The translations under genes and the position numbers were made by a program. Shown here in pieces: positions 8,923 through 20,800 of a stretch of 64,000 nucleotides of DNA (the first letter of the stretch is position 1; the number at the start of each line of letters is the position of its first letter). This DNA is from a virus. Where the stretch lies: the IMG/VR virus record IMGVR_UViG_3300025617_000006. The stretch is one strand, 5' to 3'. The notes under the pieces are model-generated. The model did no database searches. It was given only the letters and a program-made list of their open reading frames with translations, and was not told the origin of the DNA.

Positions 8923-11900
8923 TTATTTCCCCGCTCCCATATCCTGTGGAGTAGTAGGGTCTCCTTCGTCTACAAGTCCAAAATTTGCAGATCCTGTAAA
9001 GAAAGCCATAGCAGCCATATCGCCATCTACAGGTTTCTTAAAATTCATCTGCGTATTAATATTAATTTTTCTATTTGCTTCTGAACTAATTCTTCTTCCT
9101 TGAATACGTACTTCACCAGCAATAACAGCGTTAACATTAACGTTTGTGCCGCCGCCACTAATTCTACTGTCTACGTATCCTGCAATTGCTTTTTGTGTAG
9201 GTATAATTTCATTAGAGTTTGCCGCAAACGTTGGATCTGTGCTAAATTCTCTAATAACAGCATTTGTTCCTCCGAGTGTAACTCCGCCTAAACGCAATTC
9301 GCTTAGTCCGTCTAATTCAAAATAACTTGCATTTAGTGATACAATACCAGTTGCCTGTTCAACTTTAAACAATTCACCAACTCTAAAGTTACCATCTTGA
9401 TCAGTACTTGTATAGAATACTCGTCCGCCGCCTGCATCATCAGTTTCTTGGAAGTCTCTAACATCGTATCCTTCAATTGGAGTTAGTAACGGATACTGTG
9501 AACTATACAAGTTACCTTTACCAATTTCTAAGAAGTCGTGTCCAGTTAGACGGACTTGCGAATACTTTTGTCTAATAATTAAATTAGTTTCATGTTCCGG
9601 AGATTCTGCCCTGTCTAATCCCGGACTAATTGTTAGTGTTGCTTGGAAATTACCTTCATCACCGGTAATCTCTGTTACACCTTGTACAGCATAAAAGCGA
9701 TCATTAATACCAGTAATATATAAGTTATCACCTGGTCCAGGTTCGCGTAGTAAGTTTTTAACTACTAACGATGTTCCTAACTGGAATAAGTCAGCATAAC
9801 CGTCACCTGAGAGTGTAACACCAATATTAATATATCCTGTACCTCTATTAAAGAATTCAATCTGTCCTACAGTTCCGTTACGCATTCGTATGTCAAAGTT
9901 TACTGCTTCAGTAGCATCAGGATCGATAATAGTCATTACTGGCGGTGTTGCACCGTAACCAGATCCTGCTTCTTGGATGATAAAATCAGTAATTCGGCCG
10001 CCGCCAATTACACACGTTGCTCTAGTTGTTGCCCCAGTTTGGATTCGTTCAACCGATGACACACTTTGATCTGTAAGTGGATAAAATACTGGACCGTCAT
10101 CATTAACACCAACAGCCATTGCTACAAACGTTCCACTTGCAGTGGTTTGATCTTGCCAATATATTCCGTCATCTGACTGAATAATATTTCCTGTTTCTGT
10201 TATTCCAAGGAATGTTCCTTGTGCATAGTTTATAAAAATGTTATCAGGAACATTAGTATCTTCGCCTGCAAGCCAAACTGTGTCGTTAGCATTAGTTGCT
10301 GTATCAGTGAAACTGTAGAAAAACTTATTGTTTACAGTTGATAAGTCGTTTGGTGAATCATAACATGATGCAAGGAATCGACCATTACCAAATGTAAAGT
10401 CGCAAATATCATACCGTATATCGCCAATGTTATTTCCAGAATTCCATGTTAGTCCGTCGTCAACACTTTCCCAAGTATCGCCTGCTTCGTTAACAATAAT
10501 CCATTTTTGATTACCAAAAGCAATCCAATCAGCATTACTAACTCCTGCATTAATTTGAGTCCAATTATTACCGCCGTCTGTTGATCTATAAATATTTTGT
10601 GTCGATCCTGCAATAGCAATGTTAACATGAGTTCCTTCATAATTAGTACCATATGCTACAGTTTTAAATGTTAATCCGTAACTTAGTAAATTATTAGTTG
10701 CATCTCCCCAACTATTGCCGTCAGTTGATAGTTTAATTCTACCATTACCGTCTATAACAATAAATCCATTTTGAGTGTGTGCTACGCTTACATAATTTAA
10801 ATCTGCATAACTATCTGCATCTTGGAAAGTTGCACCGTCTGTTGATCTTGCAATAACATTAGTTCCTACTAATACTGTAACATTAGTGTCACCGATGTAT
10901 TTGTAAGATGAATCTTTTACAGTACCTGAAGGAATTGAACTATTATTTTGAGAATACGGAGGGCTTGTAAATGTTAGCCTTGGTGTAATTTCATAACGTG
11001 TAGTTTCGTCTAACACTGTTGAAATAGGTTCTCCTGGAAGATAGTGTTGCCATCCTGGCTGACCGTCAACTGCTCGTTTAACTTGAATATCTTTAGTACC
11101 AGGTGTTACTGCAACTACTTCTACAATAATATTATTACCTGTATTTCCAACTTGTGTTGGAAGAATTGTAATAATGTCACCCTCTTGGTTTGCTTTACCT
11201 AACCCAGTAACTTCAATTGTAGTATCACCACTTCCGTTAATTGTAACGGTAAATGTAGGTTCGACTGCGTCAGTATTACTACTAATACCTTTAATGTCCG
11301 TATATACACCTTCTGTAAGTGTTGGATCTGTAGCACTATTAACTTGGGTACTTAAAACGCCGCCGTTTAACCAATCATAACTATCAATGTATGCATATTG
11401 TCCTCGGCCTTCGCCTTCAACAATAGTAATTTGCTTGTTAAGATAATATTCTTCATTATTAACATCTTGGTTAGCAATCCTAATTACAGTCCCGTCGCCT
11501 TGTTGTGCTCGGTTATTAGCATAGGTATAATTTGCACCGCCTGCTCTAGATGAATCGCCCGGATCAAGTATTCTAATTTCAGTAACCGACCCGTTTCTAA
11601 TTTCAGTTACCCTTCCAGATGCGCCTGCGCCTGAACCTGTTACTGTTACTTCAGCACCAGTATAATGGTTACCTGTGTTACTGTAACCTACAGCAAATAA
11701 TTTATTTTCGTCGTTATAAACTTTGCTAACTTCGGCTTCTTTAGAATAGTTGTCTACCTTAGCACTAATTGGTGTTTCGTTTTGATCAAATCCAATAGCA
11801 ACCGAACCATATTCTCCGTACGAGTTGTTACCGTTTGTTGCACGTACTTTACCACCGTTAGTACACAAGTAACCGATATAACAATAATATGTAAACACCG

Positions 11901-14900
11901 ATACAAGTTCTGACAGACCGTCTGCATTACACCAGTAACCGATACCATCTTGAATAATTTGTGTAAAGTCGTTAGCAACAATTGACTTGTTACCACCATT
12001 ATGTAAATCGCCATCGACTTTCATGCCTACGCACTTTTTACCAAATGTTGACACGTTTTGTACATATGTAGATTTAGTAGTAATCCAAACAGTTTCGTCG
12101 TCTGGTCCTAGTCCTGGATCTAATGCTACAAATGCATTGCCAGGAGTTACTCTTCTAAACAAATATTCGTCTGGATCAGTAAACTCGCCTTCAAGACCGC
12201 TTAATGTCATATTGCGCAAGCCACAGCCGTTTCTAACACGGAACATATCTTCATCTTTTGTGTCCGCTGTAGGCGATACAAACGTTGAACGCAACTCGTC
12301 ACCTACAATAGCAACATCTGACGGAATGCTAATTGGGCAAATTTCTTCATATCTACCTGTTGCTACTAAAATTGTTGCCGGTGCTCTAACACCCTCATCT
12401 TCAAAAATATAGTTACATGCAAATTTAATAGTTTTAAATGGCGATGACTTTGACAAGCCTCGTCCAGACCCTGCTTGGTCAATACCGTCAGGTGAAACAT
12501 AATAAACATTTTCTGATTGTTCAAGTGCTTCCCATGTTAAATCGTTATCTAATAACACTTTGAGGGTGTCACCAGGGTTTCCAATGTTTAAGTTAGTAGT
12601 GTCAGTATCGGAATACGTTCGTATATCTCCGCGATATTGTAGTACGTTTGTATTGCCGCCTTCGATTACAGTTTGCCAAAAATCTTCTTGTGTATAATCA
12701 ATATCTAAGTCTGGTCTTGTACCAGATTGCGATGCAACATGTCGTTTAATACAACGATATAATGTGCCTTCGTATGTTACAATGTCACCTAAGAAATAAT
12801 TATTTGCTGCCGGAGCCGCATTAACTAGTATAGTTTCAGCCCAGTTGCCTCTAAATCTATCACCGTCAATTAATACTTGCCAGTAATTGTTTGAATAAAT
12901 TGTAGTTAAAGTTCCAGCGCCATACATACCTGAGTGGTTAAAGCAAACGATGTAGTTAGCCTTATATGCATCTCTTGGTACAATATATTGCACATAACGT
13001 TCAGTTGCCGCGGCAAATCCTGAATCATATGCTGTTGCATCTGCAACCTGTACACCATCTAACCAATATGTTACACCATTGTCTAAATAATTATACTGTC
13101 CGCCATTGTGGTGTCCGTTTACCGAAGTACTCAGATACAATGCATGTGTAATATTCGAACTATCACTTTGATCAAATCTATATGTATTTCCTTCAACTAA
13201 TGTTAAATCGCCTGTTAAAACACCGTCTAAATAATAACGATTTCCGCTTCCTGGATCCCCAACTGTTACTGCAATAGTAGAAGTTGATTTTTGATCATCA
13301 GGTTCGCTTCCTTGACTATCACGCAGTGCATGGTACAAGTATCCGCCGAATCTAACAACGTCTCCAGTTCTATAATTTGTAAAAGTATCCCAGTATGATG
13401 CTTCTTCTTGCAAGTCTGGGTTTTCGTTAACCTGTCCGCCTAGTCGATAACCAGTAGTTAACAGTTCCCAATCTCCAGTGTCTTGTGTAATTCCGTTTTG
13501 ACTTGGTACACTACCAATATTGATTGTTAATGATGTATAACTGTAACCACCGTACTTAACAATATCACCCGGTTGGTAAATTTCTTCTTCGTTCCAAAGT
13601 AATTCATATTCGTATCCTGGAAGCCAGATTGTAAAGAAACTTTCAGCAAATGTACTTGATGCAAGGTGGCCTGTATCACAGTACCAAATTGTTGGTCCGT
13701 ATCTTAAAATGTCACCTTTTCTATATACTTGTCTTTTAGTAAGTGTTTGCGAACCTACTCCGCCGGTTGCTTGAATAGTATTAATCCCTGCAAGCGCATC
13801 AGTTTCTTTTATGTGTAACGCAATGTTGTTACCGTCAATTACTCTAACATAGTAATATGTGTCAGTAGTTAATCTATCCGCGTCAGTCTCGTCGCTAACA
13901 TATTGAACCATTTGTCCAGTTTCAAAAGGATGATTTGAAATTTCAAGATTGCCTTCGTCAACTAAATCAATAGCAATCACTGTTTCAGGAGTCCAATGAC
14001 CTTTATATTCAATTCCGCTTAATAAAACTTCCCAGTTGTCTTGGTCTTCTTCAAGTCCTAGTGCATCGTCATTTGCACTAACATGTCCGACTAAACAGCG
14101 ATACTCTATAGCCCCATATCGTACAATGTCATCTTTTCTATATCGTACTCTTGGCTTCCATATATCTAACCAGTTGTCCGATCTTAAAACAACACTCCAT
14201 TTAGTTAAATCAACTTCTAATCCAGAAATAGTTGTACTAGATGTGTGTTCTTCAGAACATTTGTATAAAATTCCGTTATATTTAACAACATCGTCAAGTC
14301 TATAAATTACTTGAGGTTGCCATTCATAGCGCCAGTTATTTCCAATGTTAACTAATTTCCAGTTACCAAAATCATTATCTCCGATTGTGCCTGGGGTTTC
14401 AATATTAAAGTATGACCCTTTATCAAGACTGTCTGGGGAGCGATCAAAGTAATAAATTTTATCAGGTGCGTCTGACGGAACTGTCCATCTAATCTCTCTA
14501 GAACTTGCGGCTTCAAATCCTGCAAAATAAGCAGAGTCAACTACTTCTTCGCCGTCTAAATAATATGTAAGTCCTTCATTATAATAGTCAACTAATGGAG
14601 TATCTGCGTTAACACCATCTTCGTAAATACTAAACGATAGTGGATGAATCTGTCCTCCAAACTCTATGTTAGTTGGATCAGTTTGATTGAATGCATATGT
14701 ATACCCTTTTCTTAGAGTGATAACATTTCTTTCAAAATTATTTAAGAAAATTGATCCAGTTGTACTTTCTTCGTACCCTGTTGTTGTATATCGTCCAGTG
14801 TCTCTGCCGATAGTTACTGCAACATTAACCGGGTTCTCAGGTATAATATTTTCTTGTGATAAGTGACCAACAATGGCTGAATATACTTGGCCGCCGTACT

Positions 14901-15156
14901 TAACAATGTCGTTTACTTTATAATAATAATCAGGTTGCCAATCTTGAACCCACTGATATCCATCAGTCATCTGTGTCCATTTGGGTATTTCTTGATTTAA
15001 GTAATCAATATAAAAATCTGGATCTGCTGTATGTCCGTTTAAACATACAAATGTTTTACCACCGTAACTTACGATATCGTCTTTAATATATTGCTTACTA
15101 GTCTGCCACGGACCGGTCCATCTAAATCGTATTCTGTCAATTTTAAATTCAGCCAT
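8923..15156 (-). CDS. Large tail fibre/spike protein, paralog of 3802..8880, with added cupredoxin-like and Asp-box (BNR) propeller domains
   Basis: 2077 aa. Same N-terminus (MAEFK..RIRF.W.G.W) and C-terminus (YSQVRLTGHDFL...GGRVFYTSTDQDGNFRVG). Asp-boxes RSTDGATF, LSTDGNSW, RSTDGGNNW, ESVDDGLTW, QSDDGIYW. Confidence 0.75.
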   Translation of the reverse strand: MAEFKIDRIRFRWTGPWQTSKQYIKDDIVSYGGKTFVCLNGHTADPDFYIDYLNQEIPKWTQMTDGYQWVQDWQPDYYYKVNDIVKYGGQVYSAIVGHLSQENIIPENPVNVAVTIGRDTGRYTTTGYEESTTGSIFLNNFERNVITLRKGYTYAFNQTDPTNIEFGGQIHPLSFSIYEDGVNADTPLVDYYNEGLTYYLDGEEVVDSAYFAGFEAASSREIRWTVPSDAPDKIYYFDRSPDSLDKGSYFNIETPGTIGDNDFGNWKLVNIGNNWRYEWQPQVIYRLDDVVKYNGILYKCSEEHTSSTTISGLEVDLTKWSVVLRSDNWLDIWKPRVRYRKDDIVRYGAIEYRCLVGHVSANDDALGLEEDQDNWEVLLSGIEYKGHWTPETVIAIDLVDEGNLEISNHPFETGQMVQYVSDETDADRLTTDTYYYVRVIDGNNIALHIKETDALAGINTIQATGGVGSQTLTKRQVYRKGDILRYGPTIWYCDTGHLASSTFAESFFTIWLPGYEYELLWNEEEIYQPGDIVKYGGYSYTSLTINIGSVPSQNGITQDTGDWELLTTGYRLGGQVNENPDLQEEASYWDTFTNYRTGDVVRFGGYLYHALRDSQGSEPDDQKSTSTIAVTVGDPGSGNRYYLDGVLTGDLTLVEGNTYRFDQSDSSNITHALYLSTSVNGHHNGGQYNYLDNGVTYWLDGVQVADATAYDSGFAAATERYVQYIVPRDAYKANYIVCFNHSGMYGAGTLTTIYSNNYWQVLIDGDRFRGNWAETILVNAAPAANNYFLGDIVTYEGTLYRCIKRHVASQSGTRPDLDIDYTQEDFWQTVIEGGNTNVLQYRGDIRTYSDTDTTNLNIGNPGDTLKVLLDNDLTWEALEQSENVYYVSPDGIDQAGSGRGLSKSSPFKTIKFACNYIFEDEGVRAPATILVATGRYEEICPISIPSDVAIVGDELRSTFVSPTADTKDEDMFRVRNGCGLRNMTLSGLEGEFTDPDEYLFRRVTPGNAFVALDPGLGPDDETVWITTKSTYVQNVSTFGKKCVGMKVDGDLHNGGNKSIVANDFTQIIQDGIGYWCNADGLSELVSVFTYYCYIGYLCTNGGKVRATNGNNSYGEYGSVAIGFDQNETPISAKVDNYSKEAEVSKVYNDENKLFAVGYSNTGNHYTGAEVTVTGSGAGASGRVTEIRNGSVTEIRILDPGDSSRAGGANYTYANNRAQQGDGTVIRIANQDVNNEEYYLNKQITIVEGEGRGQYAYIDSYDWLNGGVLSTQVNSATDPTLTEGVYTDIKGISSNTDAVEPTFTVTINGSGDTTIEVTGLGKANQEGDIITILPTQVGNTGNNIIVEVVAVTPGTKDIQVKRAVDGQPGWQHYLPGEPISTVLDETTRYEITPRLTFTSPPYSQNNSSIPSGTVKDSSYKYIGDTNVTVLVGTNVIARSTDGATFQDADSYADLNYVSVAHTQNGFIVIDGNGRIKLSTDGNSWGDATNNLLSYGLTFKTVAYGTNYEGTHVNIAIAGSTQNIYRSTDGGNNWTQINAGVSNADWIAFGNQKWIIVNEAGDTWESVDDGLTWNSGNNIGDIRYDICDFTFGNGRFLASCYDSPNDLSTVNNKFFYSFTDTATNANDTVWLAGEDTNVPDNIFINYAQGTFLGITETGNIIQSDDGIYWQDQTTASGTFVAMAVGVNDDGPVFYPLTDQSVSSVERIQTGATTRATCVIGGGRITDFIIQEAGSGYGATPPVMTIIDPDATEAVNFDIRMRNGTVGQIEFFNRGTGYINIGVTLSGDGYADLFQLGTSLVVKNLLREPGPGDNLYITGINDRFYAVQGVTEITGDEGNFQATLTISPGLDRAESPEHETNLIIRQKYSQVRLTGHDFLEIGKGNLYSSQYPLLTPIEGYDVRDFQETDDAGGGRVFYTSTDQDGNFRVGELFKVEQATGIVSLNASYFELDGLSELRLGGVTLGGTNAVIREFSTDPTFAANSNEIIPTQKAIAGYVDSRISGGGTNVNVNAVIAGEVRIQGRRISSEANRKININTQMNFKKPVDGDMAAMAFFTGSANFGLVDEGDPTTPQDMGAGK

Positions 15157-15195
15157 TTATCTCTTCCTAAACATATTCGTTGTTGTATTTAACCA

Positions 15196-15564
15196 TTATG
15201 GAGATACCCCATTTGGAAAATCAAATTCTTGATTGATTCTAATTACTAAGTTGCCCTCATCGTCAACGTAATATATTAAATTTCGATCATCCCACCTAAA
15301 CTGCTCATAACGTAAGTTGTCATATGAGGTATTATGTTCTTCATCTCTACCCTCAAAAAACTCAATGCCACGCTGAAAGTCTGGATAGTTTTCAGTTGGA
15401 TCTCCAGGCCTGTTCACTTGTACACCGTCGGAACTTTTCATTTGATCTGATTTTACTAGATACAAATCGCCATCCTCTGTGCGCCTTAATCCATAGAAAT
15501 ACCTACTGCCCTTAACTGTCTTAAGAACTGTTCCTACTTCTGTACCTTGATAAAAACTAGCCAT
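15196..15564 (-). CDS. Hypothetical virion protein, paralog of 17053..17514
   Basis: Shared RYFYGLRRT...EFFEGRD..HN..Y.NL.YEQFRWDD.NL.YYV..EG.LV.RINQ. Confidence 0.7.
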   Translation of the reverse strand: MASFYQGTEVGTVLKTVKGSRYFYGLRRTEDGDLYLVKSDQMKSSDGVQVNRPGDPTENYPDFQRGIEFFEGRDEEHNTSYDNLRYEQFRWDDRNLIYYVDDEGNLVIRINQEFDFPNGVSP

Positions 15565-15573
15565 TTATATTTC

Positions 15574-17034
15574 CTACGTTAAAATGTTTATAGTGTTGCC
15601 CATATTACTGTGTGCAGTACACTGATAATAAAGAGTTGACGGAGCATCCATCGGTACTGTGAACGTAATAACACCTGTTGAAGCATTGTTATTAACTGTT
15701 CCCGAATTATATGCCGCGCCGCCGTTTGATACTCTGATTTCAAATGGATGTCCGCCACCACTATTGTTTACAAAGTAATATGTCATACCTCTCATCAAAT
15801 ACAATACCGGGTCACTTGCTGTAGACGGAAAGCCTGGACCTGTAAATGTATAATCTGATGTTCCAGTAGAGCCAAGTGTCCATGTAATACTAGGCCCGTT
15901 AGCCATTGCAAAACTTGTGCCATTATACTGTGGGACACTACCTACTGCTACGTTTGCTGTTGATACATCTGATAACTCATTAAGTTCTGTTGCACCAGTA
16001 GTGCCGTTAAAACTAATAGTTAGTGTATCGTCTACAATTGATGTTGCAATATCAGTTCCGCCTGCTATAGTTAATGTATCAGTTAATCCGTCTGTAGTAG
16101 TTGATCCATCGTCACTTGCAAACGTTGCCCATAAATTTTGGTCTGTTGATTGATCAACAACAAATTCTAGTCCGTCTCCTGCACCGTTAACTTTAACAAA
16201 TCTGTTTGCGGCGCCTGTAAATGCACTCGGTGTATCTGTTAAGTTTAAAAATGCGCCTGCAAATAATGCTGGAGTGTTTGCAAAGTTGTCATAATCTAAA
16301 AAGTATGCACTATCAAATCCGTCTAGTGTATCTGCATCTAAACCGCTACCACCTGATGCAATATCAGCACCTGGTGCCCATTGGGTTCCGTCCCATTTAA
16401 GTACATCGCCTGTGCCTGGAGCCGATGCCGAAACGTTACTTAATGCGCTAACAGGAATAGTTGCTACTTCTGCCGCTGTAACAGCACTGCTAAATTCTAA
16501 TGCTGTAGCGCCACTGTTTACTCTTACAATTTTACCACCGGATGCTGTAAAGTTTGACGGAGTATCTGTTAATGCAGTAAATGCACTTGATCCACCTTCT
16601 GTTGCAACAGTTCCTGGAGCCCACTGACTATTTTCGTTATCCCATACTAATGCCTGTCCGTCAGTTGGAGAGTTTGGAGATACATTTCCGACATCAGCAA
16701 GATCGCTATTAGTATCAAGCATTTTACGCCATGCGTTATCGTGTGCATAATATACACACTCATCCGCAGTTACTTTTGCTAACATACCATCATATGTAGT
16801 TGGGTTTGGTAGATCACCGTAAACATCATACAAGAATGTAATCTTGTTACTTCCTGTTGAAGTTGGAGGGAAAGAGTTTAGTACATTATTAACAACAACC
16901 GATAATTGGTCACCGTCCCCTAATGCTGTATATAACTCTGTAAAGTTATTATTAATTTTAGTTGCGCCTGCTCTAAGATTGTCTCCTTGACCATCATTAG
17001 GTAATACGCCTACGTTTACTGTTTGTTTTGTCAT
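15574..17034 (-). CDS. Fibre protein with gp9/gp10-like N-terminal attachment motif and C-terminal cupredoxin-like domain
   Basis: N-terminal KQTVNVGVLPNDGQGDNLRAGATKINNNFTELY is the T4 gp9/gp10-type motif. Internal LxWDGxxWxPG and FxxLTDTPS repeats. C-terminal GHPF...FTVPMDAPSTLYYQCTAHSNMG. Confidence 0.7.
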   Translation of the reverse strand: MTKQTVNVGVLPNDGQGDNLRAGATKINNNFTELYTALGDGDQLSVVVNNVLNSFPPTSTGSNKITFLYDVYGDLPNPTTYDGMLAKVTADECVYYAHDNAWRKMLDTNSDLADVGNVSPNSPTDGQALVWDNENSQWAPGTVATEGGSSAFTALTDTPSNFTASGGKIVRVNSGATALEFSSAVTAAEVATIPVSALSNVSASAPGTGDVLKWDGTQWAPGADIASGGSGLDADTLDGFDSAYFLDYDNFANTPALFAGAFLNLTDTPSAFTGAANRFVKVNGAGDGLEFVVDQSTDQNLWATFASDDGSTTTDGLTDTLTIAGGTDIATSIVDDTLTISFNGTTGATELNELSDVSTANVAVGSVPQYNGTSFAMANGPSITWTLGSTGTSDYTFTGPGFPSTASDPVLYLMRGMTYYFVNNSGGGHPFEIRVSNGGAAYNSGTVNNNASTGVITFTVPMDAPSTLYYQCTAHSNMGNTINILT

Positions 17035-17052
17035 AACCTGCTCCTAACTCTC

Positions 17053-17514
17053 CTATGTTTGGTCATACGTTATAGTGTTGTTGTCCATCGTGTAACCGGT
17101 GTTATCCCATTCTCTATCACTGTCAATAATTTCAATTGTGTCGCCAGCGTATACTACTGCGCCATCATTTGGTCCTTGGTTAATTCTTACTACTAACTCG
17201 CCTTCTTCGTTGACGTAATAAAATAAATTTGCATCGTCCCATCTAAATTGTTCATAGTTTAAATTCTTGTATGTTAAATTATGTGCCGAATCTCTTCCTT
17301 CAAAAAACTCGCCGCCTTCATCAAACTCAGTATAGTTATCTACTGGGTCACCTTCTTTATTAATTGCAATAACGTCAGTAAGGTTTAACTGGTCAAGTTT
17401 ACCAAGGAACAGTTCTCCGGCATCTGTTCTACGCAACCCGTAAAAATATCTTTCACCGAGGTTGTCCTCAATAGTTTCTGTAATACTTTGACCTGCATAC
17501 CATTGATTTGACAT
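17053..17514 (-). CDS. Hypothetical virion protein, paralog of 15196..15564
   Basis: See paralog; lies in the structural operon. Confidence 0.7.
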   Translation of the reverse strand: MSNQWYAGQSITETIEDNLGERYFYGLRRTDAGELFLGKLDQLNLTDVIAINKEGDPVDNYTEFDEGGEFFEGRDSAHNLTYKNLNYEQFRWDDANLFYYVNEEGELVVRINQGPNDGAVVYAGDTIEIIDSDREWDNTGYTMDNNTITYDQT

Positions 17515-17515
17515 G

Positions 17516-17845
17516 TTATACTATCTCCACAAAACTCATTACACAGTCTAAACTGTCGTTAATATCTGACTCAACATATAAAATATTAGTCGAACCTAAA
17601 ATAATTTTTTCACCACCGTTTAATACTTTTAATGATGCATTAGGTGGAATCAATACATCTTTAAGATAAAACCCTACAACAGACGTGTCGTCTGCAATTA
17701 GAACACTAGCACTAACTACTGACGATGTCAAGTTTGCTAAACTAAGACCAATTATAGTTGATCTAGCACTTGGTGGTGCTTCGTAAATTGGTACTCTAAC
17801 TGTTCCTATATCTTTTACTACTTTATTTTTAAAAAACGTTGCCAT
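17516..17845 (-). CDS. Small beta-rich virion protein
   Basis: Similar to 3472..3789 and 25167..25517; tightly packed in the operon. Confidence 0.6.
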   Translation of the reverse strand: MATFFKNKVVKDIGTVRVPIYEAPPSARSTIIGLSLANLTSSVVSASVLIADDTSVVGFYLKDVLIPPNASLKVLNGGEKIILGSTNILYVESDINDSLDCVMSFVEIV

Positions 17846-17849
17846 CTAA

Positions 17850-20800
17850 TTATCCTATTGTAACTGCCATCTTAATTGCGATTTCTTCTGCATCCTGTGC
17901 TGACACAGCACCCGAACTACCTGCTACTGAGACCCATGTATTTGAAGGATCATAAATTTCAACCCTGTCATCGTCTGTATTAAAACGCATCATGCCCACT
18001 TCTGGAGTTGGGTGTCTGTTCAATAAGTCTCCAACTGGAATAACAAATCCGCCTGTACCGTCAATCTTAAAGTACCCTTCGCCAGTTTGAGCAAGGGTAG
18101 TAACTGCACCGTCAAGTGTGTTTTGAATTGAGTTAGCATTAAATCCAAAGTTTTCAATAAGAACTCGACCTGTTCCGTTGGCTCTTAAATTAAGATCAGC
18201 GTTAGTTGTTACAGTTCTTACAGTGTTACCTTCAATTTCAATGTCATCAACTGCTAGTTTATTAACATTAAATCTAGTAGTATTTACATCTGCAACAAGT
18301 GTGCCGTTAGCATAAAAAGAAATAGTATCATCGTCAGCGCCAGGTGTTGTTTCTGCTAAAATATATGTATCTTGATCAAGATCGCGAACACCATTTAATG
18401 CAATCCAGTTACCGTCATAACCTTCAAATACATCAGTGTCAGTGTTGTAACGTAGCATGCCTACTGTAGGTGTTCCAGGACGTTCTGCTGTAGTACCTCT
18501 CGGAAGAGTTAAACTGCCTGTTGAATCAATATCAACACGCTGACTGCCTGGGTCTAAAATAATAGTTTCGTCTGACGATATAACATTAGTTTTAAATGAT
18601 AAGTCGTCAATAACAATACTACCTGTACCGCTTGCACGTAATTCTAAATCTTGGTTTGTATTTGTAGTTTGGATAACATTAGTATTAATATTAATATCAT
18701 CAACTTGTACTTCACCAGCATATAAATTTGCCCAATTATTTGTTACAGTACCTAGTGTATATGTTCCGTCTTGTGACGGAACCAAGTTACTAGCAATGCC
18801 TGCTACAATTTGAATACTGTCACTTGCTTCGTCACCAATAGTAATGTCGCCGCCGATTGTAACATCGCCAGTTACATCTAAATCACCTGTAATGTTAACA
18901 TCGTCTTCAAAGTTAACAATACCATTTGACGAATCAATATTTAAATCGCCGCTTAAACTTTCAACAGTATTTCCGCTAAGTTTAATATCGCCTGTCTGAA
19001 TCTTGTCGCCATCAATAATTGTAGTTGATGCGCCTGAACTAAATCGCACTTCTTCAAGTGTGTCGATGTTAAAGTTTGCATTTGTAAAATTAACAGTACC
19101 GTCTTGTTGATTAACATGGAAAATATTACCGACTCTAAAATCACCTTTGTGGTCTACTGAACTATAATATACATTAGCACTGTTTAATTCAGTAACTTCT
19201 TGGCTTTGAATAACTGTTGTTGGATCATTGTCAACCGCTTTACCATTTCCAATATAAGCAAGGTTTTGCGAAATAAGATACATAACAACGCCGTTACCGT
19301 CGCCGTATATTCCATAATTACCATAAACACATGCACTACCAATTGAACGTAGTTCACAACCAAAGTCTGTAAAGTCTGTAAGTTCAATTCCAGTTGCATA
19401 CGCACCTCCGCCAAAACCAATTGACTGCAAAACAACAACTTCGTCAGTAAATACTGCCGAACTGTCAGTTCCATTAAATCTTAAAAGTAATACTGTACTA
19501 GCATCGTTTGCTACTTCGCCTAATGGTAATACATATGAACCAAGAGTGTATCTTGCTGTTGACGAAATTCTTACATCATCAATGTGTCCGTTAAAATTAT
19601 CTGCTGTACTGTCATATCTAGCACCAACTACAAGCGGCTTTGTAACACCCAAGTCTGCACTAAATGCATTATCACTGTCAACTCTTGTACCGTTAACATA
19701 TAAATTAATAGTAGTTCCTGATCTAGAAACAGCAACATGATGCCATGTTTCGACTGCTAAAGATACTGTGTCTGTTAGTAGTTCGCTTCCGTTATAATAA
19801 ACCTTTGTAACACCGTTATTAGTATACAAATACAATCCGTTATCGGAATCAGTACCTGCTCGGAAGTCAAAAATTCCTCTAAGTCCAGTAAACCCGCCAG
19901 TGTTGGCATAAATCCAACCTTCCATAGTAAGTTCATCTGTTCCAAATCCAAAGTCTTCGTCACTTACTGTACTTGCACTATCGCCAGTACCGTCAAGCAT
20001 TAAACTAGCAGTTCCGTATTTTTTAATTGTTGTATCGAGTTGAGCATTGCCATTTGCTAAGAAAGTTTTTCCGCCACGCTCGTATTTTGTTTCAAGTCCG
20101 GCTACATTATTATTTAGGTAAATGTAGTTCCCGTCAACCTCATTAACAGTAGCATTAATATCTACATCATTTGAATCTGTATAAACAAATGTTTCTCCGG
20201 CAGTTGGAGTACCAACTAAGCCGCTTACTTTAATTTTTGTGCGTCCGGTTCCTTTTAATCCAGTTGCTCCGTTTTCGCCAAGCATTGCTTTATCAGCAAA
20301 GTATACAAAAGAGTTGAGCCATTCTACTCTTGCACCGTTAGTTGCATACAGTCCAATTGCTCCCGGAGTAATAAAAGTTACACTATGGAACAACATGCTT
20401 GCTTCTTTAGAGTTTACAGTTGCTTGGCTACCGTCAATCTTTGCACCACGCCCTGCGTCACCTTGATCAAAGCCTCTGGGGTCACTTGCACTAGTTACAC
20501 TACCTTTTGTAATTACAGAAACATTTTTAATGTATGGTGAACGACTGGTTACTTCAAAATTTGAATCAAAACTAAATGCCCAGCCTGTATCATTAACACT
20601 GTTGTAGTAAAAATCAGCAACAGTTAAATTCATTACACTACTTTGGCCATTTAATACAAATGCATTTTCGTTATTTGTGCCTGCTGTTGGTATAACTTTA
20701 ACAGCACGAATACTTTCTCCTACTATTGTTACTCCTACAGGAACTGTTAATGGAAATTCTTCTTCGTATTCTCCTGGATAGATGTGAATTGTATCACCGT

